A stretch of DNA of 64,000 bases from Phoronis australis (GCA_002633005.1 NMRA01000075.1:1-64000), one strand, 5' to 3'; positions 13,644-24,999 are shown, counted from the first letter of the stretch. Numbers and translations: made by a program. Notes: a model not told the origin generated them from the sequence alone.

Positions 13644-13690
13644 CTACAACAAGCATTAAAACGATTGACAAACCATAAATATAATTACAN

Positions 13691-16600
13691 AGTGCAGTCT
13701 TCACTTGACTGTGTAATGGATGGAAGGGGCTTTGAACAGCCTTGGCTACAGTAATACCTTGTAGAAGAAATTGTCTGTCTGCAATGCTGGGACACTGACA
13801 AGGTAACGTAATGCTGTGACTGACGTAGATCTCGTACATCCAGTGATGACGCGAAGACCAATGTTTTGGAGCCTCTCAAGTCTTTTGATTTGATTTTTAC
13901 TGATGTTGATCATGGTGAGAGCGTAGTCGAAGACCGAAGTGACCAGGGCTTTATAAAGCATGACGAGGTGCCTTTCCTCCGCCTTCCGACCAGCCGCAGC
14001 CCTAAGGGCATTAATTCCTCTGTTAGCACGGCTGATCATACTGTTAACTTGAGTTGTGAAGTTGAGCCTGTGGTCGAGTTCTACACCCAAGTGACGCATG
14101 TGGTCAGATGTTGCAATCAACTTCCCATCGTAGGTAGGGCAAGGGAAATCATCAACACTGAGGCGATTGTCCAGAGTACAGAAGAGAGCTTCACATTTGT
14201 CTCCATTGCAGCTCATTCCGCTGGTAGCACAAAACTAGCAGATTTTCATCAATGAAGACTGTGCTTTGTGGAGAATCTCATGATGTGTTTGTCCTTGCGA
14301 TGACAGCAGCATGTCGTCTGCAAAGGAGCGAAGTCAGCAGTCAGCGCGGTTCAGTCTGGCGAGTGGGAGGGTGTAGATATTGAACAGCACTGGGGACAGA
14401 GATGAACCTTGGGGTAAGCCTGTGTTGACAGATACCCATTCTGAACGCCATGTGCGATGTTTTAGCATGCATCGCCGGCTGTTGAGGGCACTCATCACCC
14501 ATCTAATGCATCTTACAGGAATACCGAGATGAAGCATGCCATTCGCAAGTTTTGGAAGTTGAACAGAATTGTACGCATCTTCTAGATCAAGGCCAATGAG
14601 GAGAGTGTTTTCTTTGTTTTCAAAACCTTGCCATATCTCATCTGCAACAGAAGCTGCATTGGCCCATGAATCTCTACCAGGTCGATAAGCACCCATTCCT
14701 GGGAGGAGCCAGGGTTCAATTAACTTGGTGATTCTTTGCGCCATGATCCTTTCAGGGATTTTTCCAATGACGTTCTGCATCACTATGATTCGATATCCCT
14801 TGAGTGCACGATGGTCTTTTCCAGGTTTTGGTACAGGAATTAAGAAGGCATCAGTCCAGATGTGAGGGATGATTCCAGTGGCCAAACTGACGTTGTAGGA
14901 CTTCACAAGCTTGGCCAGCAGAAAGTCAGGCAAAGACTTGAGTGTCGGGACTCTCATGCCATCGGGGCCAGGGGCACCCTCTTTGCAAGTTTTGATAGCA
15001 TCCGCAACCTCTGCTGTAGAGAATTGACTGTCCTGTTCAGCTGTCTTGCAAAGTCCATCTAGTTGTTGGATGAGGAGGTTTCTTTCAGATTCATCACTGT
15101 GGTCACTTTGCTGGATGAAACGCAGGAGAAAAGCCTCACCCTGTTCCCTGTCATTCCTGAGAATGGTGTTGCTTGCATTCAGTAGGATGGATCTGGGGGG
15201 AGCACGTCTCTTGTCCATGTTACGATGGAAGTGCCAGAAATCTGTAGCTGTCAAGTTGGATCGGCTGCAAAGCTCATCCCATCGACGATTGGCAGCCTCG
15301 GATGCTGAGCGTTTGAACAGGGCAGTGGCCCTGTTTCTGGCTGTTCTGACGACCGTGAACTCTTCCGGTGTGCAGTTTTGNNNNNNNNNNNNNNNNNNNN
15401 NNNNNNNNNNNNNNNNNNNNNNNNNNNNNNNNNNNNNNNNNNNNNNNNNNNNNNNNNNNNNNNNNNNNNNNNNNNNNNNNNNNNNNNNNNNNNNNNNNNN
15501 NNNNNNNNNNNNNNNNNNNNNNNNNNNNNNNNNNNNNNNNNNNNNNNNNNNNNNNNNNNNNNNNNNNNNNNNNNNNNNNNNNNNNNNNNNNNNNNNNNNN
15601 NNNNNNNNNNNNNNNNNNNNNNNNNNNNNNNNNNNNNNNNNNNNNNNNNNNNNNNNNNNNNNNNNNNNNNNNNNNNNNNNNNNNNNNNNNNNNNNNNNNN
15701 NNNNNNNNNNNNNNNNNNNNNNNNNNNNNNNNNNNNNNNNNNNNNNNNNNNNNNNNNNNNNNNNNNNNNNNNNNNNNNNNNNNNNNNNNNNNNNNNNNNN
15801 NNNNNNNNNNNNNNNNNNNNNNNNNNNNNNNNNNNNNNNNNNNNNNNNNNNNNNNNNNNNNNNNNNNNNNNNNNNNNNNNNNNNNNNNNNNNNNNNNNNN
15901 NNNNNNNNNNNNNNNNNNNNNNNNNNNNNNNNNNNNNNNNNNNNNNNNNNNNNNNNNNNNNNNNNNNNNNNNNNNNNNNNNNNNNNNNNNNNNNNNNNNN
16001 NNNNNNNNNNNNNNNNNNNNNNNNNNNNNNNNNNNNNNNNNNNNNNNNNTCAATTAACTTGGTGATTCTTTGCGCCATGATCCTTTCAGGGATTTTTCCA
16101 ATGACGTTCTGCATCACTATGATGCGATATCCCTTGAGTGCACGATGGTCTTTTCCAGGTTTTGGTACAGGAATTAAGAAGGCATCTGTCCAGATGTGAG
16201 GGATGATTCCAGTGGCCAAACTGACGTTGTAGGACTTCACAAGCTTGGCCAGCAGAAAGTCAGGCAAAGACTTGAGTGTCAGGACTCTCACGCCATCGGG
16301 GCCAGGGGCACCCTCTTTGCAAGTTTTGATAGCCTCCGCAACCTCTGCTGCAGAGAATTGACTGTCCTGTTCAGCTGTCTTGCAAAGTCCATCTAGTTGT
16401 TGGATGAGGAGGTTTCTTTCAGATTCATCACTGTGGTCACTTTGCTGGATGAAACGCAGGAGAAAAGCCTCACCCTGTTCCCTGTCATTTCTGAGAATGG
16501 TGTTGCTTGCATTCAGTAGGATGGATCTGGGAGGAGCGCGTCTCTTGTCCATGTTACGATGGAAGTGCCAGAAATCTGTAGCTGTCAAGTTGGATCGGCT

Positions 16601-18633
16601 GCAAAGCTCATCCCATCGACGATTGGCAGCCTCATATGCTGAGCATTTGAACAGGGCAGTGGCCCTGTTTCTGGCTGTTCTGACGACCGTGAACTCTTCC
16701 GGTGTGCAGTTTTGGCGTGCACGGTCAAAATCCCGCTCTTTGGAGCGCTTGTTGGCCCAGGCAGTGTCAACATCTTTATTCCACCAAGTAGTGGGGTTCT
16801 GCCTCCTGTGGTGGCATACGTGCTTATGTAAGCTTTTGGCGTGTCTGCACACTGATTTCCAGATTTTATCCCCTTCGGTATTATTGTAGGACCGTTTATA
16901 AGTCGTTACTGGAGCCTTTAATTGGTGGTGTAGTTGAACTTCACACAAGTAGTGATCGCTTCCAGCTTGACAACTCCTACGCCACTCAGCACGGTCGCGA
17001 AGATTGTCGCTGCTCAGAGCAAGGTCAATGCACGAGTCCTTGTCAAACGGTCTCTCAGCCATCCTAGTGGGTTCACCAGAGTTGAGAACATATAAATCTA
17101 GTTCTGGAAGGCATTCGGCGAGACCTTTACCATTTGGGTTCACACCGTAGACATCCCAGCTGGAATGACGAGCATTAAAGTCACCAACAATGAGAATGTC
17201 GGGATAGATGTGAAGCAGATTGTGAAGAAAATTGGTCGCAACTAGGGGAGGAGTTTCCCCGTATATTCAGATTGACTAGTGTGAATGGGTCGCGGAAACC
17301 AGGATCAGTGACGCTTATTATCTGTAGTTGCCTGTCAGTGTTAGTGAAACTGAGTATTCACAAGCTCTACCATGGTGTGGCTGTCTTTGTTGATTGCGTA
17401 CGCCAGGCCATTGGTGATGCCCTCTCTAGGAATAATGAAACCTTCGAGTTCAAAGTCTGTCAGGTCCTTAAGTTTGGTTTCTTGGAACAGGAGAATGTCG
17501 TAGCCCGCACAGATTTTATCCAGTATATGCTTGCTGCCACGTATGTTACAGTAACCAATCCTGAGACGGTTGAGTTGAAGTCTTTCGTACTTGAGTTGTC
17601 GGGCACGTTTTCCAGCTTTTTTACCTCTGTGTTTCTTTCTAGGACCGCGCTTTCTGGTGCCACGGCGGATGTTCTGTCTGGCTGCACTTTCCCAGTCGCG
17701 CCGTCCAGCATCCGTATGGACATTTACTTCTGTAATAAGTCTTGAAGCAGGCGATGGAGTAACGATAAGCCTGTTGAGGTTGTAACAACCTCTAAGCCCC
17801 CTACGCCCAAAGGGGCAGGCTAACTGCGGCGGGTCAGTTCCCTACTGGCCTGGGGCTGCCAGGCTTAAGGCGGGCGGCAGCTGACCAATAAGGGTTAAAG
17901 AACCCCTCCCACTGTCATGCGTGGCCCCTGATGCCCACCCGACGCTGATGAGGTGATGGCTTAGAATCGGTAAGCTGCCACGCACCGGTATGTTCACTGA
18001 CACAATGTGGCAGCCGGGAGTGACCTCTCCCGGACCCCTGACCAAGAAGACAATCCGTCGTCTCCTGCCCTTCTGAATGTTGAGTGCATAGGACAAGTAA
18101 GGTATCCAACAGACACTTCGTCCGCTCTGATGGGGGGGGTCGGCTCCACCTGCGGCTCTCTGCAGTTCTTCTGACCGTTGAGTGCCAGGGATGTGGAGAG
18201 CATCTGAAAGGCACCACGTCCTCTCAGCCAGAAAAACTAGTATTTTACAGGACAAGGTAGTAAGTCTTGAGCCCAACCAATGAAGGGTGCTATTTGCCCA
18301 TAGCTGGGAGTTAGGTTGGTGAACGCCAGAGCATATCCATACACCGATGGGTCATGCACGTTGCACCTTTAAGAGCCTAACCTCTTCCGAGATCCCTTGC
18401 AAAATTTAGCCTGGGGCCGCAGGGTGCCCAGTTACCATGGTGTACCACAAGGAGGTACTGCAAGAGTCTTGATTAGAGGTAGTTAAAGGCCACCAAGGCG
18501 GGTCTTACACATGCCTTCCTAATTCGTCTCATAGGACTAGGTGGTCGTAGAAGGTGAAAGCTAGAAAGTGTAAGCGCTAACTACACTAAGCTACAATAAC
18601 TACACATCTAACCCTGTGTCTAAGACACCACAC
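13691..18633 (-). mobile_element. Non-LTR retrotransposon (APE endonuclease + RT; RT resembles I/Ingi group, clade uncertain), inactivated
   Basis: APE motifs RIGYCNIRG, ILLFQET, LIVGDFNARH, DSCIDL, GSDHY; RT motifs APGPDG, PKPGKD..YR, LDLEDAYNSV, GLPQGSSLSPVLFNIY, FADD. In-frame stops near 14334 and 14235 and a frameshift near 17340. The 3' end is lost at N 13690; 14717-15380 duplicates 16051-16712 around the gap. Confidence 0.93.
18394..18631 (-). ncRNA. HDV-like self-cleaving ribozyme at the LINE 5' end
   Basis: P1 GUGGUGU/ACACCAU with G1-U wobble; P2 CUCUUGCA/UGCAAGGG; P3 ACC/GGU with L3 UCCUUGU; P1.1 CC/GG; P4 CUGGG/CCCAG; J4/2 GCUAA; long J1/2 of about 160 nt. Confidence 0.8.
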
Positions 18634-20340
18634 CACATTAACGGGCTCTCTACTGACAATAAGACAATCGATGCAGTCACTGAATGTCATTTCCCCATAA
18701 TTTGTGCTAAGTTGAAAAGTTTTTGCCATTAGTATAAAGCCTTTCTTCTGAAAGGAAACGTTAATGTCACTCTGTGAGAAAGGACAGGTATTTATACCTA
18801 TGGCCTATAGAAGCGCTTGTAAAAAAGGTCCAGTTTCGGCACATGACTTTCCTTCATGTAACCTCATTCAGCCTCAATAACATCCAAAATCAGATCCTTG
18901 AAGGTACACACAGCAGCATATCACTTGACTCGTTTTTGTGCCCAAAATCAGACCCTGAACTAGACCAGAGTGTCACTACGTCTTCTTTAGCTTCAGTCCC
19001 TCATGTTTCTTTCAGGAAAGGAAATAAGCTATTGTCCACACATGACTCATTGCCTATGAAACGGCATCCTCACCAACGAGGCTGACTTGTGTAGCAGTCA
19101 GATATAGTTCCTCTTCATACACAAACAATCCACTGGCACATTGTCTTATGGTAACTTAGTACTGCGATTCACATTTCTCCAGGGCCACTCACTTTTACAT
19201 TGTGCCATGCAGCACTGCTGGGTGTGGAAATGCTGTGGGAAGAGAAAGGAGTAACAAAGCTTGTGTATGTTGCAGCTTGAAGTGGCCTTATAATGTCACT
19301 GAACCAAATATTGAAACATGAAAAATTAAGTACTCCAGGTTGGGTGAAAAACGATACCCCTGTTTTTCAAAAATTTGATATGGTGACTGCTCTACAATTT
19401 CACACAAAGTTAAATAATTAATATTTTCAGAAAGCAAGGGTGTATATAATAAGTATTGTATAAAACTGCGTCTTTATTTTCCATTCGTAGCCATAATTCT
19501 TTAAACGCATCACTTGTCTGCAAAATAGGCAAGTTTTTTGAGACAATTTCAAACCTTTGTTACCCATTTTTAAGCCTTTTCATTTTTGATTCATTCAGCA
19601 ATTTTAAACTCCGATTACAGAACCATGGGTCTGTCAAGCATACTTCTAGTCTAAGACTGAGTGAACCGTATCTCAGACTTTTTATTTTTCTTCTAATAGA
19701 AGATATGAAGACTTGGGTCATTTAAAAAATGATGGATAATCTTTCTGTTGTTTAAGAGTAATTACAAATCTTAAGTAACCATCAAAAACGGAATTTTCAC
19801 AAAAAATGGCAGTCATTTGAATTTATAAACGACTTGCAACATTTCAGTTCATGAGTTAAGACTATTAAGTGACTGAGAATTCAGAAAATGTAATATATTT
19901 TTATGGGTTTACAATTGATAGCAAAACAGTTTCATGAAATAAACTTGAAGGAACTTAAGGTTAAGAATTACCTCACCCAAACATGTATTACCTGTTATTT
20001 CTACACATTCAGTTGCACCAAATATTACAACCCCAACCCCCTATGCCAATCCCCCGCTAAGGACCTGCATAAGTAAATTAACAAAATGACTTTCATACCT
20101 TTCTTTAAAAATAGCTGTTCCTTTTCAAAGGCTTTGTTCGTTGTCTCCAAAAGTAGGCTTTGACAACATAACTGCACTGCATGAGAAGATCTTGCTAGTT
20201 AGCTGCAGTCAATTGCTTAAAACCAATTTTTGTCCATTCAGGGACGGTGCAGAAGCGACACGTATCTCCTCTGCACGGTACAAGCCCTCAGACCTAAAAA
20301 ACCAAAGGTCACGTAAAAACAGACATGATAGATTCCATTT

Positions 20341-20521
20341 CCGGAAGACATAGGATAGGTAGTAAACAAATAGTCTAATGGATATTTGTCACATACCCTT
20401 TACCATTGGGCTTGGATTGTAATCTTAACTCCCGAAGACATAGGATAGGGAGTAAACAAATAGTCTAACGGATATTTGTCACGTACCCTTTGCCATTGGG
20501 CTTGGATTGTAATCTTAACTC
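20341..20521. repeat. Tandem duplication of about 90 bp
   Basis: gaagacataggatagg...gattgtaatcttaactc occurs twice back to back. Confidence 0.9.
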
Positions 20522-21128
20522 ACTAACCAATATAGAGTTGACAGCATAAACATTCAGCATTGATTTATGTAACTCTCACTGATAAACCTGTCAGAAATCA
20601 TTCCAAACAATAATACTGCTTTGATGTACGAAAAGATCCCGAGTGCTACGTCAAGTATCGGAACACGCATCATAACAAACAAAGATTAACCCAACTGGTG
20701 ACTGCAGTGAAGTGGACATCGGCGAGTACCTCACTTAACAGGCATCTGTAGAATAAACATGGAACAATTGTTAAAATAATCACAAACCTTACCTTTGTAT
20801 AAGGGCGTGCTTACTTCCTCTCATAGAAGCACCCTGTTCACGCAATCTCAGATTCAGTTGGCACGGCTGCAAGCCATTTCACCATGTATTTAAAGGGCTT
20901 GCAAAATCAAGGCTGCTTATCTATCACCACTAGTACACGCGCGCCCTCTAGTTAATGTAAATTGTCCGAATAGCCCCATTAGTGCGGTTTTCCATTTCCA
21001 TGCAGTTCTGTCAAAGCACAAGCAAAGAAAGGTCAGCTTTGTTTAATTTTATCTTACTTGGCATGATTCAACTTTACTTGCAGGTAAGCTGAGCTGCTAT
21101 TTAATATTTCTTGTTGATTTGACTTCAG

Positions 21129-24100
21129 GGGCAGCCATCCTTTGTCAAGTTGTTTAGATACCCTCATCTGGATGTATACAAAGATGCTGTAGCTCACAAG
21201 AGCTTCTTTAAAGCTGAAAAAGTTGAAATAAAGTGGAGCCATAATGGTAACTGAAGCTTGTGTATAGAGCATGTGTGTTCACCATGTGTGTAGACCCTGN
21301 TGTGTGTAGACCCTGTGTGTAGACCCTGTGTGTAGACCCTGTGTGTAGACCCTGTGTGTAGACCCTGTGTGTAGACCCTGTGTGTAGACCCTGTGTGTAG
21401 ACCATGTGTGTAGACCCTGTGTGTAGACCATGTGTGTAGACCATGTGTCTAGAGCATGTTGGCTGATTATGGGACCGTGACTACAAACGGTGGCTTAAGG
21501 TGACATGTCAAATGTGATGTGTTGGTAATCTGATTGAAGGCTCAATTTGTCAGACCCCAATTCACTTTAATGGTGTTTAGTAAACTTTACGTGTTAGTTA
21601 TAATACTGACTAGTGTTTGTTCAGTCAAAAATATATTTAATGCCACTGATAAAAACACGGCATAGGATTAAATGCATGAATGGGAAGTACCTTTTTACTA
21701 AGGTGATGAAACGTCATGTTACTAAGTGGTAGAATGTGGATTGTACATGTTTAAACTGAGGTAGACAGTTTTATACGCTGCATTGATTTTTGTCTTAATT
21801 GTCTGATTGGCCTATGGTCTTTACTGCAGGAGTAAAGTTAATTAATTTGTCCCAGGTAAAGGCGTGGTCATTTTAACATCAGTGGAGACATCAGAAACAT
21901 CTTACTACGGTGAACAAGGACTGCACTATGCATCAGTGGAGGGTGACAGCTCACTGGTGCCTCTTGGTGAGTTCAGTGTTTTGATGAGTAAGTACTCTAT
22001 ACATCAGTGGAGGGTGACAGCTCACTGGTGCATCTTGGTGAGTTCAGTGCTTTGCTGAGTAACTACACTATGCATCAGTGGAAGGTGACAGCTCACTGGT
22101 GCCTCCTGTTGAGTACAGGGCTTTGATGTGTACACAGTTATGTGATTATATCCGTGTACAGTGGTTCAGAGTGGGCTGATCTTTGAGCAGATGATCAAAT
22201 TTGTTGACAAAATCATGCCCCCCCCCCAGTTCCCCTCAGGACTGGAACATATAAAACCTACAGTAACTTTGGTAATCAGCATCAGCTGAAAACGAAGAAA
22301 TGCAAGGATTTCAGTTGACAACTTGACAATTTCACATTTATCCATCCAAATGTAGAAGCTGGGAATTAACCTCAGCTTTCTTGTAACAGGCTGGAAGGCA
22401 TCAGGAAGTGTGTCAACGGGTGCACTTGTCCTGTAAATGTAGCCTCCTTCCCTAGCCAATGACATTGCATGGTTGCTGCAAAAACGCATTGAACTTTGGC
22501 TTGAGAGACTGCTGTTATGCGTTCTTTACCAACTACACATGTTGGTGGATATTGTCGTCATCTCCATCTTTGTGTCTGGCTTGCACTGCTGTACCGTATT
22601 CTCTCTAATAATCGCCCATGGCGCTTAGAAAAATTCATTTCAGTGGGGCGCTTGTTGTAACCCAAGGCGTTTGAAACCCGGTCTCCGAAACGGGTATCAT
22701 ATTTACGCTCTGTGACATATCTGTAACCTTTGACAGACTTTCTACAAATTTGTAGTGCATTGCTATCAAACTGCTGTTAAATTACGATCATTTTACAGAA
22801 AATTGTGCATAAATCTCAGGGCGAGAACTCTCCGACTGACTGGCAATCATCGATATGGCAACTTGAATGCTTGAATAAAAATATCTCCATGATAGCAAGT
22901 AACAGCATATGTTCACGAAAACAACAACGGTTTTAAAACTTGACATGTTTCGGTGTCATTTATTAAACACCATCCTCAGAAGTCATAATACAGTGGCCAC
23001 CTAGCTAGGCCCAGCAACAAGTAATGAAGCACAGATACAGTCAGTTACAGGGAGTGACAATGAACTAGACCAACAAGGACAACCTGTGGTGTGTCAGTTG
23101 CCTATTGAGATTGGGCTTGCACCAACTGATATGTAAAGCCTCAGGAATTTTAAGCTCCTTTGTTGTTACTGCCTGGTCTATTATTGCAAAATCATTGAAA
23201 GAGCACTGCTGATAACAATGATTGGAGCTCTGCAGGTGAATATTTACATGTGAATTACTGTCAGAATTTAGGTGTTCCTTGGTCCTGGTTTTCAAATGGC
23301 GAACAGTTTCGCCTATATAACTGGAGCCACATCCAGCACAGATAAATTTGTATACTACCTTGGACCGTAGACCCATAGAAATTTTGTCCTTAGGGTTAAA
23401 TAAACTCGACAGTTTTAGAGACTTGAATGTTAATACAACTCTTAAGTTCCCCCAGGGGCAGTTTTTTTTACATTTACCTCTGTATATTCAAAGTTCTTTG
23501 ACAGATTGTCATGAAATTTTTACATTTGTATTTCTGTTATGGAGATGACAACGCATTTTTATTTTTGGGCAGATTAGATGTATTCTTTGCCACTCATTGG
23601 TCTTTTCTGCTATTTTTGAATCTGGATCTATGTAAGACATGACAAGTGCATGTCAATCCAGGTGGCAAGAGATGCTAATTTCTTTTAGATGAATCTAAGT
23701 ACCATTGTGCATCATAGTGGCAATGTTATTTTTAGGTTTGACTGTTTATCTTTGGAGTTCCTGTACAGATTTTCATGCAATTTGTGAAATCACTGTTTTT
23801 TGGGAGTTGATGAGACCCTCTCATTTCATTGCCAGACGGCTTCAATTTATTTTGCTCCCCCCAATGGCCCATTTTGATATTATCAAACTTCCCTAGAAGC
23901 ATACTGTTTGTAGTGCAGTGGTGGGCTCATTTCAACACTTTGGTTGCTCTTGTTAATGCAGTTATAAAGTGTGTTCTTGATCAAAGATTGCTGTGGCAAC
24001 GTTAACACTTTTCTTCTTTCAGCCAAAAATGGTCCTGTGTACAGCGTCGAATGGAATCCGTCTTTACCACAGTTCTGTGTTGTCTATGGTTGTATCTTTT

Positions 24101-24776
24101 GTTGTGCAAACGTGTTATACAAACATGTTCAAACGTGTTGTTCAAACGTGTTCAAACGTATACAGCCAGGGATTACTATGTTGTATTTGCAGCTGTACGA
24201 ACATTGCACCGTAAACTCGCGGGTCAACGCCCATGCCTGTGTAATCGCCCATCCCCGACTTTTGGTCATTTTTCGGTTTAAGGGCCCACTGCTTGAGTAA
24301 TAGCCCATCCCCTACTTTGTGCAAATTTCCCCTGAGTACCCACCTCTTGGGTAATCACCCACCCCCGACTTTTAGCCAATTGTTCATTTTAAGCGCCAAC
24401 TGCTTGGGTCATCGCCCTCCTTCCTGCCAAAGGTTTTCCCAATTTAAGTGCCCAGGGCGTTAACCCACAAGTTAACGGTATTTAGAAGTGTTCCTTTGTG
24501 ACAATGTTGGATCACATTTTCTGTACTTGACTGATGTTCTAATGCTCATTTTTGTGCAGTTTCTTTAATTTCTTTCCTTTTGTTCTAGATAGTTGATATC
24601 TTTAGATGGTACATTTTTCATTAATTAACTTGTCACTGTGCACACAACACTGTGCTTCCTTAACTCATGCTCAGTCATGCCTGCTAAAGCAACACTGTTC
24701 AACACAAAGTGTGAACCAGTGTTTGACTTTGGCACAGGGCCAAGAAATGTCACCTCCTTCAACGCTCATGGAAACA
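21129..24776 (+). CDS. EIF2A: Eukaryotic translation initiation factor 2A, internal exons 21129-21246, 21856-21966, 24023-24091, 24675-24776 (5' and 3' exons not found)
   Basis: The spliced peptide GQPSFVKLFRYP...VAHKSFFKAEKVEIKWSHNGKGVVILTSVETSETSYYGEQGLHY...VPLAKNGPVYSVEWN...FCVVYGFMPAKATLFNTKCEPVFDFGTGPRN..FNAHGN matches the eIF2A beta-propeller; splice phases are consistent. Confidence 0.93.
21270..21455. repeat. 13-bp minisatellite (TGTGTGTAGACCC)n in an eIF2A intron
   Basis: Direct reading; the N at 21300 lies inside the array. Confidence 0.95.
21923..22135 (+). repeat. 3 x 71-bp tandem repeat covering the 3' end of an eIF2A exon and its donor site
   Basis: catcagtgga(g/a)ggtgacagctcactggtg starts at 21931, 22002 and 22073. 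Confidence 0.9.
22900..23460 (-). mobile_element. Penelope-like element 3' fragment (GIY-YIG endonuclease + pLTR)
   Basis: ORF 23065-23376 VVYKFICAGCGSSYIGETVRHLKTRTKEH...EALHISWCKPNLN is a PLE GIY-YIG domain. Confidence 0.9.
22937..22984 (-). ncRNA. Minimal type I hammerhead ribozyme (Penelope-type)
   Basis: GACUU-CUGAGGA-U-GGUGU(loop)ACACC-GAA-ACAUGU-C^-AAGUU: intact core, helix I GACUU/AAGUU, helix II GGUGU/ACACC, palindromic helix III; about 80 nt downstream of a GIY-YIG ORF. Confidence 0.8.
24092..24674 (+). other. U12-type (minor spliceosome) GT-AG intron in eIF2A
   Basis: 5' site GTATCTTTT; branch point TTCCTTAAC at 24656-24664 close to the CAG acceptor, no polypyrimidine tract; the join restores VYG-F-MPAK. 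Confidence 0.88.
24207..24480. mobile_element. Tc1/pogo-like MITE inside the U12 intron
   Basis: Imperfect TIRs ACCGTAAACTCGCGGGTCAACGCCC / GGGCGTTAACCCACAAGTTAACGGT and internal repeats aatcgcccatcccc. Confidence 0.65.
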
Positions 24777-24785
24777 ATATCCTTT
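24777..24785 (+). other. U12-type AT-AC intron 5' splice site in eIF2A
   Basis: ATATCCTTT exactly where eIF2A homology ends (HGN|I); the 3' end lies beyond contig join 24920. Confidence 0.85.
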
Positions 24786-24920
24786 GTAGTCTGTTGCACT
24801 GTTTGCTTGTGACATGAAATGCAGATTATATTTGTTGTGCATTTGAAGCTAATTAGGGATTTTTGGAAATCAATACCAACTGGAGTTCGTGATTTATAGT
24901 TTTTGACTAATTCCATCCAN

Positions 24921-24999
24921 TCGGGAATGAAAACTTAAGTTTTTCAGACCAAAAACTTAAGTTTTTCGATGAAAACTTAAGTTCATTTTTGTAAGGGTG
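24921..24999 (-). mobile_element. End of a CACTA/EnSpm-like non-autonomous element
   Basis: Terminus CACCCTTACAAAAA followed by three palindromic AACTTAAGTT subterminal repeats; truncated at N 24920. Confidence 0.5.

Larger units (their letters stand above)
12558..13689. repeat. Tandem 676-bp intron+ankyrin-exon unit (about 1.7 copies visible, cut by the N at 13690)
   Basis: 12558-13012 aligns with 13234-13689 at a constant offset of 676. Confidence 0.9.

Noticed and set aside
14717-16712. Two RT copies or a tandem LINE
   Set aside because: Near-identical sequence on both sides of the N gap indicates an unmerged overlap.
17500-17850. 2A-like peptide at the LINE N-terminus, as in some Ingi/CR1/L2 elements
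   Set aside because: No D(V/I)ExNPGP motif in the APE frame.
20936-20955. CTCF-like motif GCGCCCTCTAGT (and GCCACCAGAGGG at ~12422)
   Set aside because: Partial matches are expected by chance in 64 kb; no supporting evidence.
21208-21444. Repetitive ORF VYTQGLHTGSTHR / CRISPR-like array
   Set aside because: A 13-bp minisatellite with no unique spacers.
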